Source: Neoconidiobolus thromboides FSU 785 (lineage: Eukaryota; Fungi; Entomophthoromycota). Taken from it: 64,000 nt of DNA. Under the pieces are notes generated by a model. That model was not told the origin of the DNA, made no database searches, and saw only the letters and a program-made list of their open reading frames with translations. The position numbers and the translations under genes were made by a program. The stretch covers positions 86,021 to 150,020 of the forward strand of contig MU626288.1 of assembly GCA_025603075.1 (NCBI GenBank), given 5' to 3'. Position 1 is the first letter of the stretch; every line of letters begins with the position of its first letter. Below are positions 51,315 through 64,000 of the stretch, piece by piece.

Positions 51315-52233
51315 TTTAAATAAAAGAATTGCATAGTCATTTTTAAGAGCTTTTTTTTATATTCTTAAACTTGTGTTATTCTTTAAATGAAGTTTATTTC
51401 ATATTATTTTAAATGTGGGAAGTTTAATGGCTGAATTAATGTGTAATAATGTGATAAGATATTTTTCATGATATCCATTATAATAAAAATAATAGTTTAG
51501 AACAATATATTTATAAATTATCTTAATATATATTTAATTTTATTTGAGTTAATTAAGATCAAATATCTAACATAATAAATCTATTGTATATGACCTCTTT
51601 AGTTGTTACACTATTACTATGATTTTAAAATTTAGTTAATGGCAATTATAAACTGCTTAGTAAATAGAATCTAAAAGCGAATTTTAATTAGCAGAGTTTT
51701 TGAAATCAATTTTTATAAAAGACAAAGTTAATATGCACATATTTATAATAATACTGTTTTATTAATACAAAACCATAATAGGTAATTCTACTAAAACTAT
51801 AAACAAATAATTTTTCTATGTTTAACAGTTAGCTAATTCATTTTTATATTAAAAATGTCAATCTAAACTATATGTAACTAGTATTTGTTTTTATAGCTGT
51901 TTAAAAAAAATATTTTCAAAGTTTTTTAACTTTGGTACACTTTTTAACGCTATTACTTTCTTTATAAATATCATTAATTTAAACTCTGTTAGTGTATTTA
52001 TATAATTTACTATTAACTTGACTTATACTTGATCCTAAAACAAAAAACAATCGTAAAAAAAATCAAAAAATAGTTTCAGTACCACAAAATTTAAAGTTAA
52101 TGACATTAATGATAAAGTTTGGTGCAAAAATCTCACTATTTAAAAATATGGCAAGTAAATTACGTAATTTAGCACGATTTTCTAATCTTTTATATGAATC
52201 GTTATTCCGGATATTAAAAAGTTGTCTTTGTGA

Positions 52234-53683
52234 TCACTCCTCTGGTTTGATTTCAGGCTCTTGCTTAACGGCCTCGCTTTGGGTGGTGTTAGTATCTTCT
52301 ACCTGTTCTGTGCTGCTTGATCCTTCATTTTCGCTTTCAAGTTTAACTTCTTCAACGACTGACTCAGTAGATGGTACTGCTATTGGGGTCCTATTTGCAA
52401 TTTTTTTTTGCCATTCTTCTACGCTATTTCCGTTAAGAAGTCCGACAATAACTACTGTCATGTTATCACATCCAAGACCTCCATAATCACTAGCTGGTGC
52501 TAAACAGTTGTCCATGAGATCTTCAGCAACTTTGGATATTTCGTCCCCTTTAGCTAAACGTTCACGAACAAATGTAATTACTTCTTGTGAAGTCATACAA
52601 TCCCAAATACCTTTTAAATGGTTAGCCTTAATAAAAAACAAGGAATCTCATTTTTACCATCACAAGCAATAACAATAAACTCATCTTCATCAGTAATTTT
52701 ATGTTCAGTAATATCAGGGTTGGCTAATAGATATTAAAGCGATTATTAATTTAATTGATTGTTTTACCAGTTACTGCTTGTTCTTCAGCGGGTAATCTCA
52801 TGTTTTGTTTAAATTCAAAATCTCCAATTGCTCTAGATAACGCAAGGTTTCCTTTTATCATTTTAATAATTTGTAATTATATCATACTATAACATACCAT
52901 TAACTCTTCCATATTCAACAAAACCTCCAGCTTGATAGATTCTATCATGTTCAGCTAAAAAATATTTAGAGTTATTTTAAAATAGACTTTATAAAACTAT
53001 ACTAGGATTGGTAGGCTTATGATCAAAAGATAATTCTTTAACGATTCCATTTGAACTGAGTACAGCTCTAGAATCCCCAGCATTTCCCTTAAAATGATTA
53101 GGTTTACTATTTTGTCTACCTATAATTACTTACAACAAAAATTCTGTTATCATCGGTTATTAAAGCGCACACTGCGGTACATCCAGAAACATCTTCTAAG
53201 AAATCAGGATCTGATAGTGTATAAAATTAGCCAAATCATAGTATAGTTATTGATAAAAACAAACCTGTCTTAAGATCATAGTCAAGACCAAGGTAACCAC
53301 CTTTGATAGCAGTTAAATACTCTCCTTTAGAAAATCCAGGATCTTTTTGAATTCTTTCAGCTAAATGAACACCAGCAAACTTAGCTGCACTTTGTCCTTT
53401 TGTTTTTTTATTAAAAAAAACTATATAATTGAATTATAAACTTACCACCATGGCCGTCAAATACAGCAAAGAAACCCATAATACTATCCTCTTTCAAATT
53501 TAAAAGCGTGGTATGAGCGTCTTCCATAGCTAAATAGAGAAACGTTAGCTAGTGCATAATACAACTACTTTTTTGCTTACAAACTCTCCAGCCTTGCATA
53601 GCGGAAGCACCATATATAAAGCGGTTGTTTGAACCATTAGTGGTATGTTTTTCAGTAACGGGAGCGGATAAAGTTTGGCCCAT
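52234..53683 (-). CDS. PTC2: protein phosphatase 2C, PTC2/PTC3 type; about 9 exons
   Basis: [69 protein letters not shown]. Confidence 0.95.
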
Positions 53684-54949
53684 GTTTAAGTATAACCCTA
53701 AGTTTTAAGTTAAAAATGATAGAATTAATTAAAAAAATTCAAGTTTGAATTTGTTGGACAGTTTAATTCAAGTTTTAACTAGATGATAAAATATGTATCA
53801 AATTAAATGGGTTACCGAATTTTTGGGGAAGTTAATTTACTCAGTAAAAATAGATTGCAAATTTTATGTTTAAACGGTTTTTATTACCCTTGCTTATAGG
53901 GAATTTTTGAAATTAAAAATCAACTTTACTCAGGTTTTACTTGTAAACTTTATTGGGCTAGCAATTGAGTAGTGTCTACGTCTCATTGGCTTAGTTTAAA
54001 TTTAGTTTGTTTGACTTCTAATTTAACTAAGGTTGAATTGTAATTTGTAAAAGTTCTAGAGATTCGTATATTTATTATTAATAATCATAGTATTCGATTT
54101 TGTATAATATCAGCTGTTTCCTATTTAAAAAACCAAAAGCTTTATAAACATCACATTAAAAGAGCAAAAGAACTTATAATAACTTTTTGACGCGACAGGA
54201 GCTGTTTATAAATGTTAATGTTATTTTTGTTTTGATATCTGACCACTTTTTTATAGATATAGGATTTAAAAAATTCTTAAGCAATTCTTACAAAAACATG
54301 TCTTCCAAATAACTTTTTTAATAGTTTTTCAAAAAGCGAACTTCACTTCTCCATTAAGAACTTTTTAATAAATAAAAATAATCTTTTAAGGTTTAAAATA
54401 AATGGGCTTATACACTATGGAATTTGATAGTGCAATAAGTCCTGCTCTAAATATTTTTATTCGAAATTATATTTTATTTATAGTTTAGCTATTCGAAATC
54501 ACATCATGATAATATAATTCCTTTCTCCACTCTTAAGTTTAAATTTGTTTAGCATAAATAATAGAGTTTACTATATGTTTTTACATATGATATTAACTAC
54601 ATATGAATCAAATAGTTCAAATTCAAAAGCAGTTTAAAGTGACTTTGTTTCTAATAATTTAAATATGTCAATGAGCTCTGAACGATTTGCTTCTAATAGT
54701 AAAATAAGAGTGATTAAATAGAGCAAGACGCAAAGCAGTAGGATACAAAAGGGAAGTAAAAGACTAAGCTGAAGGAAGTAAAGCGGAACTATGAGTTCTA
54801 GCTTTTAAAAGGAGATATATTAAGTGTTATTTTAAGCTTTAAAACATATTATTAGATGATAAACAATATTATGTCAGTTTGGTTTAAACAAAAATGAGCC
54901 TAAAATCATTTTTATATCTTGCATGAATATTCACATCTTTTGAAGCTAC

Positions 54950-56429
54950 AAACTTAAGCTTTTTTATACTTTTAAAATGCAGTGTAATATGATAGATGTT
55001 TTCATCTAACTTTAAATGAATGATACACTTGAATGTAAAGTTTGTGAAAGTCTAACTTCTCACTATTATATTACTTAAAAATAACATACTAGTTTCAAAA
55101 CTACAGCTAATTGCTTCAATGTTGTATAATCTGGAACATCCTATATGTGAAAAATTAAAGGTCTAAAGTCAACTTTTGAATCTTTAGAATTATTATATGA
55201 AGATATTTTTTTGGATTCATTACTTTTTCTATCTTTCAAGCGTTATTTGAGCGGGAAAATTTATTAATAAAATTATCAAACAAAAGTACATCCCCATATC
55301 ATTATCTGCTTTTGGATAAATTTCCACAATTTTTAATTTCTTGAAAAGTTGAAGTCTAAGTATTTTGTTTATCTGGCATAAAAATAAATCAGACTATGAC
55401 TAAATCACGTTATAGGGACCAGATAAGTTAATTGAATAGATCGAATAAAAGGATTTTTTCCATTATTTCCTTGGGTATCTTTTTGTCTAACAAAGATTCC
55501 TATGATTAAAAACAATGAATTGTCATATATCAATAAATTTAAATGAGTAATTGTTGATATTAAGCATTATGTATAAAGCTTCGGACGAGAATTCATCACA
55601 CTTAATGAAATCTGGTTGATTCAATTTTGGGAATCCTTTTATTGTTTATGGTTGTATTGGATAGATTAATGCTAGTTATTATCAAAGTTTTTAAGTTTAA
55701 TACCCCAATAGATGTCAATTTGTAGTAGTTTAAAATATAGAATACTCTAAGCTGCGAATAATTGTTTAAATCTATACATATCTTCTTTGTACTTTCTATG
55801 TTTATATATTGAATAATTAATGCCTTTGTCTGGGAAGTGTTCATTTAATAAAAAAGTTAAATACCTTAAGAGAAAAGATAGCATTTAATTAAGTATTTTT
55901 AAATGACTAAATTTGTTAAATAGCTTTTTAAAGTGTGGCATTTTATTGTGATAATAAATAATTTCAATAATTAGTGAAGTAATAGTTGGCAATAAAACTA
56001 GTGCTATTGATATCCAAATATTTTACATCTCTAAAGACTTCGTTAATACCAACTTTATTTGCATCTATATATTTCTTGGCTACCATGTCATCAATAAAAA
56101 TATATAAAGAGACATTGTATATGCTTTAAATATATACATAAAGGTAAACAATGGCTCCTACTAGTCGAGTACATGAAAGATAAACACTGACTTTCGAAAA
56201 TCTTTTAAGTTCTAAACATTTAGTATAAAACTATTTTCTCAAAAGCTTTCCTCATTTTTATATTTGTGATAATAACCGGAGGTCGTGAACTCCCATAGAA
56301 TTGGTACTATTAGACTACTCCGTTCTTTACAACAAGTCAGTAGCTTAATTTTATCTTTGTCTATAAGATGGTAAAGTATTTTTTTAATACTACTTATTTA
56401 CAAATTTTCAAATTCAAACTGTTGCTCAT
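54950..56429 (-). pseudogene. F-box/LRR-like paralog pseudogene interrupted by a MITE
   Basis: Colinear nucleotide similarity to 56793-58169 (ATG region at 56429; ttatttgcatctatatat vs ttatttgcttctatatat), with many stops and frameshifts. Confidence 0.65.
55196..55298 (+). mobile_element. ~100-bp MITE-like element inside the F-box pseudogene
   Basis: tatgaagatatt..aagcgttatttgagcgggaaaa..aaagtacatccccata. Confidence 0.8.
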
Positions 56430-56792
56430 TGCTATTTAATTTAAAAAGGATTAATAAAAAGGATTATCTATTATTCTATATATAATTAAAATAACATGTT
56501 ATATAATGTATTAAATTCTTATTAATGATATAATACAAAGATTTGAAAATTTATCATATTGGCATGTTTTTTATACTTTAAATAATAGTCTGTTTAAATT
56601 TAAAGTTTAAAAAGTTCAAAATAATTTAAAAAATATCACTATAGTTTAATATTAAATTCAAACTAAAAGGTCAAAAAGCATATTGAAGGGTTATAATAAT
56701 TTAATTTAATTTAGTTTCATTTCTAATATCAATATTATTAATCGCCATTTTCTAATAAAACAATACAGCACCAAATAATAAATAATTTTCAC

Positions 56793-58169
56793 TTATTTTT
56801 CAAAAAAGAATCTAGAATCGTCTTTATATTTTGCATAAAACTCTATATCTTCCAAACCTATAAACTTAATAAACTTAATATTTTTAAAATACACTAAAAA
56901 ATAATCTATAAAAACAAAAAAATTAGAACATCTAAAACGCTTGAATATTACGTTAGTCAAAGTGGAGCTCCCTGTTTTTTCGTAATTTGAAAATGGTATA
57001 CCAACTTCAAGGTGGCAGTTTGATACTTCGAGGTTATATAAATTATGACATGATGTATATAAAAAATCAAAAAAATTGTTTTTTAATGATGAATGTTCAA
57101 CTTTTAATGTAATCATATTATTAACACTTTTTGGGTAAATTTCTTTATTTAAAAGTATTGAAGTTTGATCTATTGGATCTTCGTATATTGGATTGTCATA
57201 TATTAACAAATTTAAAAAAGTAATTGTTGACATATTAAAAACTGCATATAAATGTTTAGGCTCAATATCAAAACAACTCCGTAAACTCAATAGCTTTAAT
57301 GTTGGAAACATTTGATTATTTATGGTTGTTTTGGCTAGACTAACATCGTTCAGTGTTAATTCTTTTAAATTTGATTCTCCATTAAATATAAGTGTAGAAA
57401 ATTTATAAAAATAAAATGCTTCAAGCCTTGGATAGTTTGTTAAATTTATACATATATCATCTAAAGGTTCTACATCTATATGCTTGATATACAACTTTTT
57501 TAATTGCTTCAACTGCTTATTCAAAAAGTAATTAAACTCTTCCAGTTCAAGGCCCATTTCACTTAACTCAAGCTCCTTTAAACCATCTAACTTATCTATC
57601 AAATTTTTAAAATATGGAAATTCATTGTCATAGTTAAAACTGATTACCAAGGTAGTTATAGTTGATGGTAAAATTGGTATTATTGACGTTGCAAAGTAAG
57701 AGTCCAAATTTTCAAATGTTAAAAGTTTTAAACTTTTAACTACTTCTTCAATATTAATTTTATTTGCTTCTATATATCCTTTAGTTGTAGCATCACCAAT
57801 GAATGTTGTATACCAAAGACCTCTTAATGGAATACTTTTGAATTGTTTTATATGTTTTAAGTAAACATCTAAACGTAAATAAAGGCTTCTACTATTTGGA
57901 TATAGTGAAGGATTAATGTGTAATTTTGAGAATTTTCTAAGATCTAAACGTTTAATATAATGGCTATACTTTTTGAACGTTTCCATTATTTTTGCTTTGT
58001 GTTCATTATGGTAACTTAAAGTCATATCTTCCCATAATATAGGCATTATTATTTTATTCCACTTTTTACAACAAGCAAGTAAATTGACTTTATCTTTGTC
58101 TGGGAGATGAAGCAGAATATATTTGATTATACTTGGTTCCAACTGTTCAAGTTTGAAATTACTGCCCAT
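56793..58169 (-). CDS. F-box-like / LRR (RNI-like) protein, intronless, 458 aa
   Basis: N-terminal LEPSIIKYILLHLPDKDKVNLLACCKKWNKIIMPILW F-box pattern followed by LxxLxL repeats. Confidence 0.8.
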   Translation of the reverse strand: MGSNFKLEQLEPSIIKYILLHLPDKDKVNLLACCKKWNKIIMPILWEDMTLSYHNEHKAKIMETFKKYSHYIKRLDLRKFSKLHINPSLYPNSRSLYLRLDVYLKHIKQFKSIPLRGLWYTTFIGDATTKGYIEANKINIEEVVKSLKLLTFENLDSYFATSIIPILPSTITTLVISFNYDNEFPYFKNLIDKLDGLKELELSEMGLELEEFNYFLNKQLKQLKKLYIKHIDVEPLDDICINLTNYPRLEAFYFYKFSTLIFNGESNLKELTLNDVSLAKTTINNQMFPTLKLLSLRSCFDIEPKHLYAVFNMSTITFLNLLIYDNPIYEDPIDQTSILLNKEIYPKSVNNMITLKVEHSSLKNNFFDFLYTSCHNLYNLEVSNCHLEVGIPFSNYEKTGSSTLTNVIFKRFRCSNFFVFIDYFLVYFKNIKFIKFIGLEDIEFYAKYKDDSRFFFEK

Positions 58170-58387
58170 TGTTATTTATTTTTAGAAATATTAAGAAGGA
58201 TAGAACATCTCTTATTTTTATTAATCAAAATATTAAATTAGCATTACATTTATTTGATTGGACATTGGATACTTTAGATATTAGGACATTTTGCATTTAG
58301 TGAACTCATAGGCAACTTCCAGATCAATGCAAAAACTAATTCAAATTTCACAAATGTAAAATAGAATCAAAAATGGCTAAAAGTATA

Positions 58388-58455
58388 TTGAGAGTGTTTT
58401 TTAATTTTATTATTTTCCATTTTTTAAGCGATGAAGCCAAAAAAACATCCCCATA
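58388..58455. mobile_element. chimeric MITE: a left arm fused to an inverted left arm
   Basis: ..ttttccattttttaagcg joined to atgaagccaaaaaaacatccccata. Confidence 0.7.
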
Positions 58456-58605
58456 TCTTGGTCAAAAAAAGTAGCTTAATTTTAAATAATTTGGCACATT
58501 TTTATGGAAAAACTTAATTGCTTAAAAAAATCACTCAAAAAACTGCACAAAATTAAATATTTAAATATCATTTAGCTAAAATTTAATTTGAATTTATCAA
58601 CAGAC

Positions 58606-58710
58606 TATGGGGATGTTTTTTTTGGCTTCATCGCTTTTTCCATCTTTTAAATATTATTTGAGCAGAAAAATTGTTAATAGAATTCTTAAATACAAAAATA
58701 TATCTTCATT
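58606..58710 (+). mobile_element. ~100-bp MITE-like element
   Basis: tatggggatgttttttttggcttcatcgctttttccatc..aatacaaaaatatatcttca. Confidence 0.85.
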
Positions 58711-58752
58711 CGTTGTTTCTTTTAGATTATTTTAAAGCTAAAAAAATTAATT

Positions 58753-58853
58753 TATGGATATTTTTTTAATTATATTAGCTTTGCCATTTTTTAAGTACTA
58801 TTTGAGCAGAAAGATTGCTAGTAAAATCCTTAAACAAAAAATACATCCCCATG
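58753..58853 (+). mobile_element. ~100-bp MITE-like element
   Basis: ..ttaagtactatttgagcagaaag..taaacaaaaaatacatccccatg. Confidence 0.8.
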
Positions 58854-59685
58854 TATTATTTTTTTATTTATAAATTTATTCCAGTTGTTAAAGTTAAGAT
58901 TTTTTGATTTATCGTAGATAGTTAATAAATTTTTTTTATGATTTTTTTACTAGATATTAGATTTCATGCTTAATATTTTTATACTTTATTATATCTATAA
59001 ATATTCTTTATAATTGAATATTTAATTTAAAGCTATTTTTAAATTAATTTATGATTTTATTACTGTTTTTCTAATGTTAAAGCTTTTTTTAACTTTAATA
59101 TAGCTCTAGCTTTAACTTTAACTATTTTAATCTGCTAGCCTTAATTTTAACCTTACTATATATATGTAAGTTCAAAAATTAAAATAAAATAAAATTTCTT
59201 TGTTTTTTTTACTTTTTATATAATGTAAAATTTTAAAAAAACTATAAAATCAGACAAAAAAGTGTTTTAATATGAGTTATTTAATCAAGCAAAAAAAACC
59301 TTTTTCAGCACTTAGTATTTAGTTTGCAATTTTTCCAAAAATTAATTTATATAAAATTGGGCTAAACTTCTAAAATAACTTATACAAGTTATTTATTGTT
59401 TTTTCAACTATTCAGCTTTTGGCCTTTTGTAAATCAATTGTACCCATTTTTAAATCAGTTTAAATGTAATATTCAATTAATTTTTGGATTAGTCCAGAAG
59501 TTGCCTATGATATAAAGTGTTTTTAAATTTTAAAAAAACTAAAGAAGTGATTAAAGGGTGGAATTAACTAAAAAGGTAAGTAAAGAATGATAAAGGGCCA
59601 AAAAAGTGTATATGATAATTTAATGAAAGAAAAAGGTAAGTTTGTTATTTTTTTATTTTTTTAATATTAATTATACATATAAAAA

Positions 59686-61126
59686 TTAAAAGTTTTTTGA
59701 AAGTGAAACCTGAAACCTGGAATCATTGATATACTTCACAAATGTATTACTAAATTTCATAAGTCTAAATGATTTTACATTTTTAAAATGCAACAAAACA
59801 TAATTAAAAATAATGGTTGACTTTATGTAAGAGATATTATTAAATAATATATTAGCTAAAATGGGGTTATTTATCGTTTTATAGTTCAAAAACACTCTAT
59901 TATATTCAAGATCATAATCTACTATCTCAAGGTTATGTAAACTAGGACATGAGTTATATAAAGGATTAAAGAAATCAATCCTTAAAATTATATCCTAAGT
60001 TTTTGATATGGTTATACTATCCTTATTTTTTGGATGAATTTTATTGACTAAAAATAAATTATAATATAATGATATACTCAAACAAATAGTTATTGGTATA
60101 TTCAACATTCAGTATAATTGTTTAGTCGCAAACTGGGAGCAATTTGTTAAATTCAGCTAGTTTAATTTTGAAAACATCATATGGGGATGTTTTTTTGTCT
60201 TCATTACCTTTTCCATTTTTAGGCACTACTTAAGTGGAAAGACTATTAGCAAAATTCTTAAACGAAAAAATACATCCCCATATAGTAGTGTTTTTTTTAC
60301 TTCATTATTTTTTCCATCTTTTAAGCGCTGTTTGAGTGGAAAAATTGTTGGTAAATTCTTAAATACAAAAGTACATCACATATTGTTTATAATTGTATTT
60401 GATATATTGGTATTAATTGATGTTAATACTTTAGAAGTAGATGCACCTATGTGTTCAATATATAGCTGCCTTAATTGCTTGTATATTACACAATTTAATT
60501 CATTTAACTCAATATCATTATTAATTAATGGAAGTATTCTCAAGCTATTGAACCCACGTAATAAAATCTTAATACAAGACATCCCGCTATAAGTGTGATA
60601 TTTAACTATCAACATAGTGATGGTTAGTGGCATGTATAATGATATCGAGTTTGTAAAATAATTATTCGCAGAAGCAACTTCAAAATATTTTAGATGTTGA
60701 GATGCTTTTTTAATACAAATTCAATAAGTAAAAGTATATTCTTCAGTTATGATGCTATTGATATACTCAATATACTTTAGACTAACTAATGGGATATTTT
60801 TAGTCGTCTCTATATATCAAATAATTATCTATAGATAAACAAAATTTCAAGCTGTTTATATGTATTGATGAGTGAACTGGTACTGCCAAATATTCGTTAG
60901 AATCCAAACATTCAATGTGATAATCACATTTTTTAAAAGCTTTCTTTATTTCTTTGTTAATTATAGCAGTAAATTAGAGTGCCTTCTTTCCATTAAATAA
61001 CCATGATTTCTTTATTCCACTCTTTATAACAAATAAGTAAACTGACTTTATTTTTGTCTGATATGTGGCATGATATTTCTTTAATTGTGCTTATTTCATA
61101 TCCTCAAGTTTGAATTTCCCGTTCAT
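59686..61126 (-). pseudogene. F-box/LRR-like paralog pseudogene interrupted by a MITE dimer
   Basis: MNGKFKLED start at 61126; fragments 60376-60633 and 59686-59895 match the intact paralog. Confidence 0.75.
60180..60382 (+). mobile_element. head-to-tail MITE dimer
   Basis: tatggggatg..tacatccccaTAtagtagtg..aagtacatcacata. Confidence 0.88.
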
Positions 61127-61156
61127 TGTAGTTTGATTTAAAATATTAAATAGTTA

Positions 61157-61260
61157 TATGGGAATGTTTTTTTTGATTTCATTACTTTTCCATTTTTTTA
61201 AGCACTATTTGAGCGGAAGGATTATTAGTAAAATTCTTAAACAAAGAAACATATCTTAAT
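61157..61260 (+). mobile_element. ~100-bp MITE-like element about 30 bp upstream of the pseudogene ATG
   Basis: tatgggaatgtttttttt..aagcactatttgagcggaagg..aaattcttaaacaaag. Confidence 0.8.
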
Positions 61261-62029
61261 ATTAATCATAATCTACAGAATTATTAACCAAGATAAAGAA
61301 ATATATCACATGAAATTTTTTCAATAGCTGATAATATACTGTTCTAGCATCGTTAGTTGCACTTTAACGTAAAACTGAAAATTCGGTATATTTGGATCTT
61401 TTTCTAGCTAATGATCTAATTACTCATTTGTTCAAATTTTGAGAGTAAAAATGAAAAGGGCTTAGATAGAAAATATACTTAAAACTTAAAAGAGCCAATG
61501 AGTTGCAGGTGAATTAATAGAAGAAAAATATCAAAAAAAGATTGAAAAGTATTGAAAAATGCCAAATGGTAATGAAAGTAAAAAGAAATAAGGTAACTAA
61601 GACTAGGAAAAAAATTTCAATCCTAGGCTTCTGGTTTTGATTAAGCGTTTTTGATTGATAGCTTCACATTATGTTTTTCATAATTTTATTCAGACATGAA
61701 GTAATAGGGTAGCTGATATAGTAAACTAGCAGCTTATTTGTGTATAATTTTTTATAGAGACAAATGAACTAAATGCTAATAGCTATAACAATAAATTAGA
61801 GTAAGTAGAGAATGTTTTTACCTTAAAATATTATTTTAAAAAAAATAAAACCAATAATTACTTTAAAGGCTAGGAAATAATTTAATTTGACTTTACTTTT
61901 GACGTAAGATAAAATCAAAAGGCATATCTTGTAGTACCATAGTGGTCAATGTTCATTGACGTTTTAATATCACATTATCTCACCCCTCAATAAAAAAAAC
62001 CAATAACTATCTTCAGATTTTTTATAAAA

Positions 62030-63351
62030 ATACATATTATATATATTTTCTATTTTTAAAATGTGTTAAAAAATAGTTCATAAATTCATTTAAATTGAAG
62101 CATTTAAAATCCCTAAATGTTACATTGCTTAAACTGAAGTCTTTTGTCATAACATAGTATAAAAATGGCATATAAGTTATAAAGTTATAATATGACACTT
62201 CAGGTTTATATAAATTGAGATATGGTATGTATAAAGTATCAAAAAAAAGGCTTCTTATAGATTTAATTCCAATTTTCAACGTAATTATATTATTGTTGTT
62301 CTTAAGATAAATTCCCTCCCATAGAAACAATTTGTCATTGAACTCCTTTTCATCATTTACCCCAATATGTAAAAATTTAATTGTTGATATGTTAAAAATA
62401 TAAATCTTATTATTTGTATCTTAAAATCAATCAAGTTTAATGACTTCAAATCTGGAAACAATACATTATCTGTAACTGTTTTAGAAAAGTCAGTATTAGT
62501 TAATTTGAATTCTTTTAAGCTTGATTCTCCTTTAAACTTCAGTGTAATACAATGGTAAAATCCAAATGTTCCAACTCTTGAGTAATTAGCCAAATTTACA
62601 TATAATTGATTTAAAAAAACTTTGGACCTACACTCATAAGCTAAAATTTAAATTTCTTTGATTTCAGAAACTATTAATCAAATAAGTAATCAAGCTCCGT
62701 TGACTGAGGATTGATAAGAGCCATTTTGACCATAGCCATATTATTAAATTTGTTCAACAAGTTCTCAAAATGTCCTTTTTTATACTAATAAATATGTCTT
62801 TAATTGTAAGTAGAGTAATAGTTGATGATAAATGTGATACTATTAATATTGTAGAGCAGTTGTCTAAATTACTAATTTCCAAATGTTCCAAATTTTCAAA
62901 AACAATCTCAATGTTAATTTCATTCGAATCTATATATTTTCGAGTTCAGTATTATAGGTGTCTAATATTGAACTTTTATAAGAACAATTAAAATAATTAA
63001 AGTCTATTAATTGAATGTCTTCAAAATGTTACGTATACTCAAAATAATCAATGAAAAATATTAGAAGACTTTTACTATTTGGATACAATGAGGATATATG
63101 GGTAATTTCTAAAACTTTGTAAGATCTAATCATTTGATATAATGTTCATTTTTTCCAAAAGCTTCTATCATCTTTTCTTTGTATTCAGAACAATAACTTG
63201 AGCTCACATTCTTCCATAGTATAGAGACTGTTATTTTATTCCATGCTTTATAAAACACAAGAAAATTAGCTTTATCCTTATCGGAGAGATGGGATAGTAT
63301 ATATATGATGATAAATAGCTTCAAGCTCTGAAGTTTGAAGTTATTGACCAT
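62030..63351 (-). pseudogene. F-box/LRR-like paralog, frameshifted
   Basis: ORF fragments 63130-63351 (MVNNFKLQSL..LSDKDKANFL..W), 62357-62593 and 62037-62330 are colinear with the intact gene. Confidence 0.8.
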
Positions 63352-63410
63352 TGTTATTAGTCATTATTATTTAGTTTAAAAACAAGCTAGTTTTCATTGG
63401 TGCTCTTTAT

Positions 63411-63599
63411 AGCATTTGATTTCATTACTTTTCCATTTTTAACGCTATTTAAGTGGAAAGATTAGTAGAATTTTTAAACAAAAAATACATTCCCATATAG
63501 GGGTGTTTTTTTTGGCTTCATTACTTTTCCATCTTTTAAGCGCTATTTGAGTGGAAAAATTATTAGTAAAACTCTTAAACACATAAATACATCCCCATA
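63411..63599 (+). mobile_element. head-to-tail MITE dimer (first copy 5'-truncated, second near consensus)
   Basis: ..aatacattcccaTAtaggggtgttttttttggcttcattacttttccatcttttaagcgctatttgagtggaaaaattattagtaaaactcttaaacacataaatacatccccata. Confidence 0.88.
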
Positions 63600-64000
63600 T
63601 GTTAGTTGAAGAATATAAAATTAAGACTCAAATAAAGAGTTGTTGTAAGATTTACTTTATTTAGAAATTGATGATTTGGATGATTGTTTTATATTATCAA
63701 TAATCCTTCATTTCATTTCATTTACCTTCAAATTTAGAAGAGTTATAATTAAATTTAGCGATGATGAAGAAATACCTTATTTGAGAGTTTATTAAGAATG
63801 TTACATATTCAATGTTTATGTGCATATGAATTAAATGAAGTATCTATCGATTTAAATGATCTAGAAACTTGAGTTATTCTACTTCGTAAGAAATTATTCA
63901 TTAGTATTTAATCATACATCTAATTTAACAGTGTTGATTTAACAAAAATAATAAGTGACACAATATTTCCAAAGCTAAAACAATCAAGCATAGATTATTG
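63600..64000 (+). pseudogene. F-box/LRR-like paralog fragment on the opposite strand; runs off the window
   Basis: Broken frames LPSNLEEL..KFSDDEEIPYL, LHIQCLCAYELNEVSIDL and DLTKIISDTIFPKLK match the middle of the intact gene. Confidence 0.55.

Noticed and set aside
54250-54900. Possible further F-box/LRR relic
   Set aside because: Only short patchy matches to the intact gene; too degraded to call by eye

Overview
A very AT-rich eukaryotic window with short GT-AG introns. It is fungal, and probably from an early-diverging lineage such as a Conidiobolus-like entomophthoralean (lineage is inference). Housekeeping genes occur in blocks: a ROM1/2-type Rho GEF, a DinB-like protein, C1-THF synthase, a Cid1-family nucleotidyltransferase, DRE2, PTC7, CIA2, an intronless FKS1, TVP15, PKR1, a PRB1-like subtilisin, MAP2 and PTC2/3. 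There are also two bacterial-type (GH13_5-like) alpha-amylases, one with an N-terminal hydrophobic leader. Three tandem birth-and-death arrays lie between these blocks, each mixing intact genes and pseudogenes: Cys-free small secreted proteins (13.8-19.8 kb), NDUFA4/B12D-like single-pass microproteins (29.1-34.1 kb) and F-box/LRR-like genes (54.9-64 kb). About 24 copies of one ~100-bp non-autonomous element (TA|TGGGGATGT...ACATCCCCA|TA) are scattered through the window. They include head-to-tail dimers and fold-back chimeras and show a strong orientation bias. No transposase, rRNA, tRNA or CRISPR array was found. Exon structures and repeat boundaries were read by eye and are approximate.
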